Assembly: GCF_006345805.1 (NCBI RefSeq)
Contig: NC_043021.1
Span: 11,718,001-11,782,000, forward strand
Length of the DNA: 64,000 nt
From: Octopus sinensis
Taxonomy: Eukaryota
Direction of reading: 5' to 3'
Positions 13,257 through 26,037 of the stretch are shown in pieces. The position numbers and the translations under genes were made by a program. The notes beneath the pieces are model-generated. The model was not told where the DNA came from and searched no databases. It saw nothing but the letters and a program-made list of their open reading frames with translations. Numbering within the stretch: the first letter of the stretch is position 1; each line of letters starts with the position of its first letter.

Positions 13257-14316
13257 CTGTTTCAACACACGAGTTCACATCAAGAATTTTGCAAAAACAA
13301 ATACATAAACGTATATATATATATATATATACATACATGCACGCAGTTATATATATTATTTAAAGTTACAACAGTATTTCAATAACAGCTGATAGTTCCA
13401 TGCCACTGAGACAATAATTCGGCAGGTTTATAGAATGTGATCAGCACAATTCCAAGCAATCTTTTGGACTCAGAGCTCAGTGAGAGTTTAGGGACAAAGA
13501 GGACGCAACTATTGATTCACTTCCTTACCCTCTCTCTCTTTTACTTGTTTCAGTCGTTTGACTGTGGCCATGCTGGAGCACCACCCTTTTAGTCGAGCAA
13601 ATCGACCCCCAGGACTTATTCTTTGTAAGCCTAGTACTTATTCTATCGGTCTCTTTTGCCGAACCGCTAAGTTACGGGGACGTAAACACACCAGCATCGG
13701 TTGTCAAGCATTGCTAGGGGGACAAACACAGACACACAAACATACACGAACACATCTATATATATATATACATATACATATATATGACGGGCTTCTTTCA
13801 GTTTCCGTCTACCAAATCCACTCACAAGGCTTTGGTCGGCCCAAGGCTATAGTAGAAGACACTTGCCCAAGGTGCCACGCAGTGGGACTGAACCCGGGAC
13901 CATGTGGTTGGTAAGCAAGCTACTTACCACACAGCCACTCCTACGCCTTTTTCAGATTTTATTCACCTTTTGTCTTCTCGTTGCACTTTTTGTATGATTT
14001 TTGATGATTTTTCCAGTTTCAGCTAATGAGCTATGGCCATGCTCAAACCTTTCATTTTATTTTTCTCGTGTTTTCCCATGGACCAGCATCCTGGTTTTCA
14101 AACAAAACTAATTATGTGCACTGAACCAGAAAAAAATTGCTCAGAGACGCAAAACATATTATATAAATCTGCCAAATAATCGTCGTCTCCGTGGCATGAA
14201 ATCATCAGTAGCTCTTTATCTCAATACTCATCATCCCTCTCTGTTAGGAGACACAGAGTACAGTCTTGTTATTGATTCTACCTATAGTGGGACAATAAAC
14301 TAAACATACATACATG

Positions 14317-14362
<46 letters not shown>

Positions 14363-14429
14363 CATATATACACAGACACGACTGTTCGAATTTTTGCTTC
14401 GTTCCGTCTTCTTATCCTCCCAGTATTGT

Positions 14430-14562
14430 TTTATTATATATATATATATTATATATACACACACAACTATATATATATATATATACACACACACACGACT
14501 ATATATATATACACACACTCAAATTATATATATATATATATTATATATATATATACACACAC

Positions 14563-14631
<69 letters not shown>

Positions 14632-15617
14632 CATGTATGTATATATGTATGCAAGCGTATGAATATACATGTATGTATGTATATGAATATACACATTGTA
14701 TACACACACGACTGTGTGTGTGTGTGTGTTTGTGTACTCAGTACAAACTTATGAACTTCAAATGGAAAGCAGTCCAAGCCCCACTGGTGAAGTGTGTGGT
14801 GAAGTGTGTGGTGTGGTGAGTGTAAGAGAGAGAGTACAAACCATACACCAATTGCATATGAGTGACAGAATCTGTGGTAAAAAAAAAAGGAAAACAAAAA
14901 GAAACAGCAGAAAGAAGTTTCAACAGCTCTTTGTGGTAGGAACAAGACGGTGGTGGTGGTGGTGGTGGTTGGTCCTGACAATTTGGACTGGCTTACTTGG
15001 TAAGTCTTTAGTCACATAGCAGCTTAGCGCAACTGGTTGCACTATCAGTTCAAGTGGTTGCATGTATCTAGCAGCGAGTTGTGCTAGCTTGAAGCATAGT
15101 GTGATCGAGTGATTGGGATTCTAGAGTGGTGGTCGCGATAGTGGTGGTGACCAACTGTACCATGGTCTGGCGAGGTGCCTTGTCCTTGTAGTGGAGTGTG
15201 ACGTCTGCGGTTGTAGTGCAGTGTAATGTAATATGTAACAGCAATGACATATGTATTATTAGAGCGGCTGTGATTATGATAGAACGATTTTGTGATGTAG
15301 TGGCTATAATGCAGTTCTGAGTAAATTGAAAAAAAAAAAGAAAAAAAACCCAGAAAAATTCCACTGACTGCTGAAATGGATTCCATGTAATGCCACAAGG
15401 TCCAGTGGAAGGGGCGGCAGGGTAGAATGGGGGTCGGTGAGATATGTCACAATGGAGAGTGGTGGTAGTGCCAGAAGAAGGGGCGGAGCGGGGCAGTGAA
15501 AGGAATTGTGATATATCCATCATCGCCTTGGGAGTCTCCAAAGTTGTTGTTTATACAATGATAGAATCGAATTGTGGGGAAAGCAGGAGAATTAACCAAT
15601 AACAGCAGCAGCAAGAG
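14430..15617 (-). other. Probable USP48 3' UTR
   Basis: Non-repeat sequence after the stop. First minus-strand AATAAA seen is at 14430-14435, with others at 14056-14061 and 13958-13963. The true end is unknown. Confidence 0.4.
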
Positions 15618-15670
15618 CTATCCACTCAACAAGCCAGTTCCTTTGAAACCTTCTTCTCCGTAGTTTGAGG
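15618..15670 (-). CDS. USP48: USP48 last coding exon
   Basis: (T)[16 protein letters not shown]; TAG at 15618-15620. Confidence 0.95.
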
Positions 15671-18600
15671 CTGAAATGAAGAAATTAGAGGTCAGTGATA
15701 TCAACATAGTATGCACCATATTACGTCAGCAGGTATCATACATGATATTATTATTATCATACAGCAAACCATAACACCTTAAGAGAGTATTTTTTTACTA
15801 CAGCCATGGGTCAACCAAAGCCTGGTAAGTATATACAATATTTCACAGAAGTATGTACACCCCTAAAAAATTTCAGCAAAGTTGCTATTACTCTGATAAT
15901 ACCTATATAAATCAAACTTTAAACTGAATAAAATATATTACACATGTAAATGTTATACAAATTTGGAACACAAAACAATAAACATTTTCAAAAAATTCAA
16001 ATATTACTGATAATTTCATTTCTAATAAATTATATCTTCTGGCATTTTTGCACCGGTCATTGTTATTGCATCTGCAGGAATTTTGATTTGTATATCGTGG
16101 TGAAAATCTTCTTCATCGTAATTAAAATGGCACAAAAAAGAAAAGAATTGTCTGAAGATTTGGAACTAAATAGCAACACCCCAAAACCAACACACACAGA
16201 CACGAACTAAATAAGACAATAAAACTTACTTGTTAAGATTTCTTCAACAACCATGGGGTCTTCAGAAGGTTCATCAGCCTAGGAACAACAACAAAGGGTT
16301 AAAGTAGAACAAAGGAGGATAATGGGTGGCTTAAGTGGTTAGTGCAACAGACAACAAATGGAGGGGTCGATGGTTCAAATAGTCTTATTGTATTTAGACC
16401 AGGGTTTATTTTCTTTTATTCTTGTACTTGTTTATCATTTGACTGCAGCCATGCTGGAGCACTGCCTTCAAAGTTCTTTTTAGTCAAAGAAACCACCCCC
16501 AGCACTTATACTTTCTAAATCTAGTATTTATTCTATCGGTCTCTTTTTGCAGAACTGCTAAGTTACGGGGACGTAAATACACCAATATTGCCTATCAAAT
16601 GACGGGCTTCTTTCAGTTTCTATCAACCAAATCCATTTACAAAGCTTTGTTCAGCATGAGGCTGCAGTAGAAGACACTTGCCTAAGGTGTCATGCAGGGG
16701 GACTGAACCTGGAACCATGTGGTTGGGAAGCAAGCTTCTTACCACACAGCCACAGACAAGAGTTTACAAGCATTATTTTCTTTTTTTCTTTTTTTTACTT
16801 GTAGCCCACTTTAGAGTCATATTTCTCATACAAGAAATGTGTTAGGATTGAAAAGTGGATAAAACACCATATTTAATAAAAATTAAAGGAGTGTCTGAGG
16901 GAATATGAAATAACGTGATAGAGCATAAAATATGGTTTTTCTGTTGTACAGTTCACTGTTGTAGGGAATTAGTAATAATGGTACACTCTTCCTACATGAC
17001 GAGTGGAATGAACCAGTCACTATAAGTAACATGACGTTGGCCAGTATGAAGTGAGTACAGGTCAATTGTGTTAATAGTCGTGTCTGTGCTGATATAGTAA
17101 TTATACTGTGATACTGAGTTATAACGATCCAATCTTTTGAGAATAACACTGTACGACTGGTGGGGGGGGGGGTCGTATAGTGCCAGATAGAAACATCCTA
17201 TCAACAACTTTGGAATATAACAATATCTGTCAGAGCGACAACCACTGTACAAAGACAGATACAACATTGGCAACAGACCGCTTTATAACATTCACAAAGC
17301 CAGGAATTTTTCAGCACCCATCCTCGTATATGAACAGTGAATGAGGCTTTCATTTTCTCTCCATTGAAAGAATTTCTGTGTGAATGAGTGGTTTTTTTTT
17401 TTGGTTTTTTTTTAATTTGAAAATTTTTTTACAATGTAGAGTTGGCTCAAAATGGCAATATTTACAAAAACGAATTGCTCTAATAGGAGTGTTCCTAGAG
17501 GCTGAAAATAGTAACTTCTACATCGTTTGTGTAAATGAGGTCCACTGAAATACATTATTAACCCTTTTGTTACCGTATTTATTTTGAGATGTTCTTGGTT
17601 TCTTTCAATTAATTTTAAATTTAACAAAGAATTTAGTAAAATAATTTAGTTATCATTAAGCTAGTGTTAAGAACATAAATTGTGACTAAGGTTTGCTGGA
17701 AGGTTTTTATTAAAAACTTATGAAAACAAAACATTTGTACTACAGAGCCAGAGGCGGTTTCAGCTGGGTTGGTAATGAAAGGGTTAATACAGCTGTCACA
17801 AATGCCATTAGAAACTACTAACCTTGAGAAATATTAAACAACCAGGTGATATCCTTAGTTGACCTAGGGTGGCTGTCTCGTCCAGTAGACAGGTCCCATT
17901 GAAATGAAGGTTCTGATCAAACGGAGGCACAGAAAACAGTTTCATGATCTGAGAATGGTAAATATATACATACATAGATATAGAGACGTATATATACACA
18001 TATAGACATACACAAATATAAATATTTAAATACATATACAAGTAGATCTATGTAGGTACATATACAGGGTGGCCAAAAGTCGCCTGACAGTAAATCAAAA
18101 ACCATTTAATTCCAAGATTAAAACATAAAAATTATTTCATATGAGACTTTGCTAATAAATAGATAAAAGTTTTTTAAAAAAACGGTGATTTTAACTCACA
18201 GCATTCAATTATTAAACATTCAGTAGAATAGAAATCAAAGGGAATCCATAGACAAAAAATGAATGGCTGAGAATCACTGATCTAATATAAGTATAAGTAT
18301 AGGTGTGGCTATGTGTGTGTGTGAGAGAGGGAGAGAGAGAGAAGGGGAGTGAGAGCAAGGGGAAAGAGTAAAGGAAGGGGGAGAGAGAGGAGAGGGGAAG
18401 GAGTGAAAGTAAGGGGGAAAAGGGAGAGCCAGGGGAAGGAGAGAGTGAGGGGGAAGGAGCGAGAGGAAAGGGGAGAGAGCATGAGGGAGGAGAGCGAGAG
18501 AGAGGAAAGGAGAGACGGAGTGAGTGAGGAGGGAGAGGAAAAAAGGGAAAGTGAGAGGGAAAAAGAAAGGAGAGAGGAAAAGAGAAGGTGAGGAAAAGAG

Positions 18601-19522
18601 CAAGGAGGGAGGGGGAAAGGGAAAGGGAGAAGGAAAAAGAAAGGAGAGGGAAGAAGAGAGAAAAAAGGAAGAGAGAGAGAGATAAAAGAGTACAGAGACA
18701 TTTACCTGAAGCTTCAAGTCTCTCAGTGTGTCCGTGGACGAGACGACCACCTCTTTCTCACCCCGCATTCTGCGATGACGATGGCTCCGTCGGACAGAAT
18801 TATCCACCGATGCCGTAACCTTGGCACCATCTCCAGCCGGCAATGATGATGATAATGATAAAGAAGCTGATGAAGACAAAGACGATGATAATGATGATGA
18901 CGATGATGATAACGAAGCATCTGGTACTGATGTACTACTAGTGGTAGTAGTAGAACTAGTAGTAGTAGTAATCACTGTTGCTGCCGTAGCAGTAGTAGTA
19001 TTAGTGGTACTTGTGTTAGCAGTAGTATTTGTTGTTGTTGTGGTGGTAGTAGTGGTGGTGGTGGTGCCCATACTGTTAACAATGTTATTCGTGGTGGTAG
19101 CTGAAGTGTTGCTTGCAGTAGAATTAGTGATGATGGCGGTGTTGGTGCTTGTGGTGGTCACATCTGTTGATGGGGCAACTTTGAGACGTTTACCTCCAGC
19201 CTGAGAAAATACAAAAAGAGAAAACATATAAAGAAGTTTGCTTCTCAACCGCATGGTTCTGGGTTCAGCCCCACTGTGTGGCACCTTCGGTGAGGGTGTG
19301 CTGAAAAGTTTGGGCGAAAGAGAATACAGGAGGATCAGTTAATTATGATTTTATTAAACATATTCTCCTCTCAGATTCACACACTTATTGCAGCAGTCCT
19401 AAAGTTTTTCTTAGCTCTGTAAAAGTACTTGGAATGTTGGACCTCCAACCAAGCCTTTCTGGAGACCCTTAAAGACAGAATTTTTCAACAGCTGCATCTA
19501 TATATATATAGACTTATATATA

Positions 19523-19563
<41 letters not shown>

Positions 19564-19637
19564 TTATATATATATGTGTATATATATGTGTATATATATA
19601 TATATATAATATATAGACTTATATATATATGTGTATA

Positions 19638-19679
<42 letters not shown>

Positions 19680-21040
19680 TTCTTGTATATGTATACCTTG
19701 TTTAATATTTATATTTGCATTTTATATCTTCATAATTGTACTTTATAATCTCTGACGAGGCCTTGAGATATATATATATAAGTAACTGACTTTTAACTGC
19801 ATATTACCTCAATACATCTGACTAACATGGGCATAATGAGATACCCTTATCTACAGGCTGAAACAGCTGTAAGATCCATTTTATATGTATCATTTTTATG
19901 GTATTATCTTACTTATTGATGTATATTGTTTTATTCTGTCTTATTCTGTTGGATTTGGATGTTCCTATTTAATTAATTAGTTGATAAATTATATGAATTG
20001 GTATTATCTGGAAGTTGATGATTGAAAGGAATCTATTCCTCCATTTTCTTATTTTATATATATATATATATATATTTCACCATGATCACTGTGACCCCCC
20101 TGGCTAAGCAAGCAGGCCAACAGAAGAAAGAGTGAGAGAAAGCTGTGGTTTTTGCTCAATAAACAGCAGGTGAAATATCACACCTTACATACTGTAGCAC
20201 CGTGGTTCCTTTTTTTTCTTTTATATTTTACATATTGGATGTGGAGTGGTTGTCATTAGGAAGGGTATCCAGCTGTAGAAACTCTGCCAAACCAAGATTG
20301 GTGCCTGGTGCAGCCATCTGGTTCGCCAGCCCTCAGTCAAAATCGTCCAACCCATGCTAGCATGGAAAGCAGACGTTAAACGATGATAATGATGATGATG
20401 ATGATGATATAGGTCAGAGAGGGACAAGTCTACCTGAAAGTCAAGGTCCTTTGGATCGGAATCATCAACAGATCTTGCTGCTAGTGCTGCTGCCACTGTT
20501 GGTGTGGCATTGGGAGTGGTGGTCGTACAGAGGTTGGTGTAACCCATGGTGGTTTTCAGCTGTTGCCAGTCCTTCAACACCTTCCGGACGTAGATCTTGG
20601 CCCCAGTGTACTCAAAGCGTTGCTGTTCTTCCTGCTGTAGTCGGGACAGGAAACAGTCCTGACACACCGCTGAAATGAGACAGACGAGAGATAGAGAGAG
20701 AAAGAGAGAGACTGAGCAAGAGAGGGAGAGAAAGAGGGAAAGAAAGACAGAAAAAACAGTGAATGATTGAGTGAGAGTAAGAACAATGAGGAAAGATAGT
20801 GTGAGAAACAGTGACTGAATGAGAGAGAGAGAGAGAATGAGTGAATGAGAGAGAAGTGAGAAAAGATAGTTCAACAGTAAGAGAGAAAGAGAGAGGAGGG
20901 GGAAGAATCAAGTCTCTTAGCTATAGGCACCAACAACACTGTGATACCAGAATGAATTCACTGAGCTAAAGAAGAGTGAGAGAGAGTAAAAGAGACAGAT
21001 ACATGAATAATAGAGAGTAAGAGACATAGATATACAGATA

Positions 21041-21073
<33 letters not shown>

Positions 21074-22981
21074 ATTGATACATAAATAAGAGAGTCAGAG
21101 ACATAGATACATAAATCAGAGAAAGAAAGAAAGAAAGAGAGAGGGTGAGAGAGAGAGAGAAAGTGAGAGAGAGAGAGAGAGAGAAATCAGAGAGGGAAAA
21201 AGACTTACCAGGTTTACAGACAAAGACAGGCTGTCCATCATCAGGCTGAGCTGGTTCCTTATGGACAGTAATCTCTATATCAACTGTACAGCTGGCCTCA
21301 ATGAAAGTCCATTCCTCTGGCCACAGGTAGGTGATACTGAACAATGACAACACAAAACACACATATTAAACAATTATTTCATCTCTCTCCCCACTGCATA
21401 TTATTTATTATTAACCCCAATAAAAGACAACATACTAAAGTTTAACCCTTTAAATAGGCGCAGGAGTGGCTGTGTGGTAAGTAGCTTGCTAACCAACCAC
21501 ATGGTTCCGGGTTCAGTCCCACTGCGTGGAATCTTGGGCAAGTGTCTTCTACTATAGCCCCGGGCCGACCAATGCCCTGTGAGTGGATTTGGTAGATGGA
21601 AACTGAAAGAAGCCTGTCATATATATGTATAAATATATATATATGTGTGTGTATGTGTATGTGTTTGTGTGCCTGTGTTTGTCCCCCTAGTGATGCTGGT
21701 GTGTTTACGTCCCCATCACTTAGCGGTTCGGCAAAAGAGATCGATAGAATAAGTACTGGGCTTACAAAGAATAAGTCCCGGGGTCGATTTGCTCGACTAA
21801 AAGACGGTGCTCCAGCATGGCCGCAGTCAAATGACTGAAACAAGTAAAAGAGTAAAAGAGTAAAGAGTAATATCTAAACGGGCCATGTATAGCCCAAATA
21901 CTCTACTTGTGTTATGTTCAAACCAGCCAGGTCTGGCCTCTCATACTGACCCTACAATGTTGTTCCAAAAATTATACAATCACATCATCAAAGTGAATAA
22001 ATAAGCATTACATTTGACAGAGTAAACTGAGTGCTAAAGGGTTTAACTAGCCAGACCTGGCCTCTCACACCTACCCTACAATGTCATTCTAAAAACCAAA
22101 ATCACATCATCGAAATCTCAAAGCTACAAGATAATGCATGATTAATTCAAAACAACGTGAATAAATAAATAAGCATTGCATTTGAGAAGGTAATCTGAAT
22201 GCTGAAGGGTTTAATCAACCAGATCTGGCCTTTCACACCTACCCTACATTGTCATTCTAAAAATAAACATTAACATTGTCAAAATCTCAAAGCTACAAGA
22301 GAATGCAGGATTAATTCGTAACAATGTGAATATATAAAGCACTGCATTTGAGAGAATAATCTGAATACTGAAGGGTTCAAATCAAAGAAGTTTGAGATTT
22401 CTGTGAATGTCACGACCATTGGGTCCTCAAACTAAATAATGATTTTTTAACGTAAGTTCAGGGTTAGAAATAGGGGTGAGATGATGGTGTTGGTGTCAGT
22501 AATGGTCGCAGCAGTTGATGGGACAACTTTGAGATGTTTACCTCCAGCCTGTAAAATGCAGTAAAATTATAGAAATTATGGGGACAGCTGACACCTGAAA
22601 CAGCTGTAAAGGAGTGTGGTGGCAGTGGTGGTGGAGTAGAAAGGTTTAGGGTGCTGGCAAGGAGGAAGGGAAAAGAGAAAGGTTAAAGAGATGGTGGACA
22701 GGTATATAATGGAGTCGGGAAGGAGGGGGCAGTAAAGAAAAGGAGACACAGAAAGTAGTGGGGGGGGAGTACAAGATATAATTGATTTGTTTTACAATGT
22801 GGCATATGTTGATTATATGAATTACATAACATCTTAATTTCTTTAAAAAAAAATTTATTCTATTTGTGGATATTCATATGAGAAAGAAGATAAGAGCACA
22901 CATTAAGACACACACACAGAGGAACAGACATAGGGACATAAATACACACACACACACGCAGGAAGAAGCATAGGGACATAG

Positions 22982-23013
<32 letters not shown>

Positions 23014-23016
23014 ATA

Positions 23017-23059
<43 letters not shown>

Positions 23060-26006
23060 CACACACACACACACACAAAGACAGATACACACACATACAA
23101 ACACACACATAAAGGAACAAACAGCCAGACTCACAAACACACACACAGAGATACATACATACAAGTATACAAATGGAGAAAGATATACAGGAACAGATAC
23201 ATATAGACAGAGAGAAAGAGACACACAGGAGCATGCTTGCATCAACAAACTAAACACACATAAGAAATAGGTACAGACCACTGACTGGCAAGGGCTACAG
23301 CATTGAGATCTGGTTCATACAACATCCCGCCATGGACGCAAATCAGAGCTGAGTTTCTAACTGTGATCACTGGACTGCGTCGTATAGGATCTCTGAAATG
23401 GAAGAGAGACAGAGATGAAGAAATAACTGGAGACAAAGTAATCTAACACAGCTTAAACAAACTTGCAGTAAATATAAATTTGAAGGAAGGTGGTGAGCTG
23501 GCAGAAACGTAAGCACGCTGGGCAAAATACTGAGCGGCATTTCATCTGTTTTTATGTTCTAAGTTCAAATTCTGCTGAGGTCGACTTTGCCTGTCATCCT
23601 TTCAGGATCGCTAAAATAAGTACCAGTTGAATACTGGGGTTGATGTACTTGAATAACCTCCTCTCATGAAGTTAATGCCCTCATGCCAAAATTTGAAACT
23701 ACAGTAATTCCTCACCATATCATGTCTCAACTATTGCGGTTTATTATTTAAGCTTACGTTGATTTCTCTGTTGTTTTGCATTTATAATAAAATAAATATA
23801 TACAAATGATAAAAATAATTTTAAAAAAATATACAGTGTTGAGGAGAGATGAGGAGCATGTTGTGAGGAGGGTGCTTGAGTTTGAGGTAAATGGACTGCG
23901 AAAGGTAGACTGAGGAAAAATGTGGAGGGGACAGGTGGAGGAGGAGATTGGGAGGGTTGGTGTGAGGAGGGAGGATGTCCAAATCTGGGCAAGATGGTGA
24001 GCTGGTGTGAGGGTGCTTACTATGGCATTGAGGTAGATCTGGCCACCCCTGTTAACGGGGACAAAACCTAGATTTAAAACACTGGATGCTGAAAATCGTC
24101 ACAAACTTGAAGCTAGCACAATTAATTCAAAGCAATGAGAATAAATAAGCATTACATTTGACAGTAAAGAGATAAAGAAATCCCCACCGTAATAAATGGT
24201 TTCAGATTTTGGCACAAGGCCAGCAATTTTGGAGGAGGGGTAAATTGATTATATCGACCCCCCCACAGTACTCAACAGGTACTTTTTTTACTGACCCCAA
24301 AAGATGAAAGACAAAATCCAACCTTGACTGAATTTGAGCTCAGAACATAACGACGGACAAAATGCTGCTAAGAATCTTGCCTGACGGTGAGATTTAAGGA
24401 GATTATAAGGTGGCGAGCTGGCAGAAACGTTAGCACGCTGGGCGAAATGCTTAGCGGTATTTCGCCTGACTTTACATTCTTAGTTCAAATTCCGCCAAGA
24501 TCGACTTTGCCTTTCATCCTTTCAGGGTCGATAAATTAAGTACTAGTTACGCACTGGGGTTGATGTAATCGACGTAATCCCTTTGTCTGTCCTTGTTTGT
24601 CCCCTCCATGTTTAGCCCCTTGTGGGCAATAAAGAAATAAGAAACGTTAGCATGCCAGGCGAAATGCTTAGCGGTATTTCGTCCTGTTTTTGTGTTCTGA
24701 GTTCAAATTCCACCAAGGTCGACTTAGCCTTTCATCCTTTCGGGGGGGTCAATAAATTAAGTACCAGTTACACACTGAGGTCGATGTAATTAATCCCTTT
24801 GTCTGTCCTTGTTTGACCCCTGTGGGGCAATAAAGAAATAAGAATCTTGCCTGGCATGCTGATGATTCTGCCAGCTCGCCACCTTGACCACCACACTAAT
24901 AGTAACAGTACTTACTTCACAGCCCGGCGCCATTCTTCGACAAAGTTTACACCAACAACATGGACATGGCTTTTAATGTTTCGCACATTCGGTCTGTTTC
25001 TGTCATGGTAAAGATCGGGAAGGGCAGCCTTCTGTTGCAGAGCCCATTCTTTCTTTTGGTCTATATTCTGTTGTTCCACTTGACTTTGGAGCTGAAATAC
25101 ATCATCATCATCAACTATATCATCATCATCACCAACTATAATGACAATATCATGATTATCATTACAAGGAATAACAAAATTTCCCTTAAACCATATCTTA
25201 CTGCTGGGATAAAAATCCCAAGAATTAAACATGGGCTATGAGCGTGATAGCCAGTCAGGAATCCTAACAACGGCTGCGAGGTCACTCCGAAAAGCTCTAT
25301 CTGCGACGATTTCATCTCAATCGAAGGAGAGGGGCTTTCTCCATCTGGGTTGTGGATCCGTGGAATAAGCTGCCAGATGAGATAGTGAAGATGCTGACGA
25401 CCGCTCAGTTCAAAGTCTCTCTTGACCAGAAATGGCCTGAACTCTTTGCATGAACACCCGCCCTGTACATAACTCCATGTCCCCCTACATGGCCTTGCTT
25501 TTTGCTTTTTGAGCCAAAAAAAAAAAAAATAACTAATTAACTTAATTGACATAGATTCTATGTTAACTGTTCTTTGAAGAAAAATGTAAACTTAAGCTCT
25601 TACCACACATTTGGCACATACAGCAACATCTCGCTGGAATTCAGGACACTTTGGAAAATAGGAACGGAGAATTTCCCAGACATCTCGTGGAACCAGACGG
25701 CGACAGTTAACTTCGGGATTAAGAGCTCCTGGAATTTGGTTAATAAGATAATACAAACACACTTTATATATATATATATATAACAGGAAGGTTTATGAAA
25801 ATAAACAAAAGACGAAGGCAGGTGGAGTACAAACAAACAAATGTATTAGTATGGCGCTCAGGAATAGAAATAGAACAAGTCTTTTACATTTCGAGCCTAC
25901 GCTCTTCGACAGAAAGATACACAGAAAAAAACAAGGAGAGAAAAAAATGTGTGTAGGAGCTAACGATCTATCATGGCGTCCTGACTTCGGATATATATGT
26001 ATATGT

Positions 26007-26037
<31 letters not shown>

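Noticed and set aside
8415-14819. Many long ORFs of [12 protein letters not shown] type in the ORF track (also at 19.4, 22.9, 28.4, 29.7, 36.8 and 56.7 kb)
   Set aside because: They are translations of (TA)n, (CA)n and (GA)n microsatellites, which lack stop codons by composition.
15068-15541. 157-aa ORF just downstream of the USP48 stop on the same strand
   Set aside because: Low-complexity, crosses a poly-T run and shows no recognisable homology; most simply 3' UTR.
18309-18701. S/L/P-rich and R/E/G-rich ORFs
   Set aside because: They come from a purine/pyrimidine-biased (GA-rich) intronic tract.
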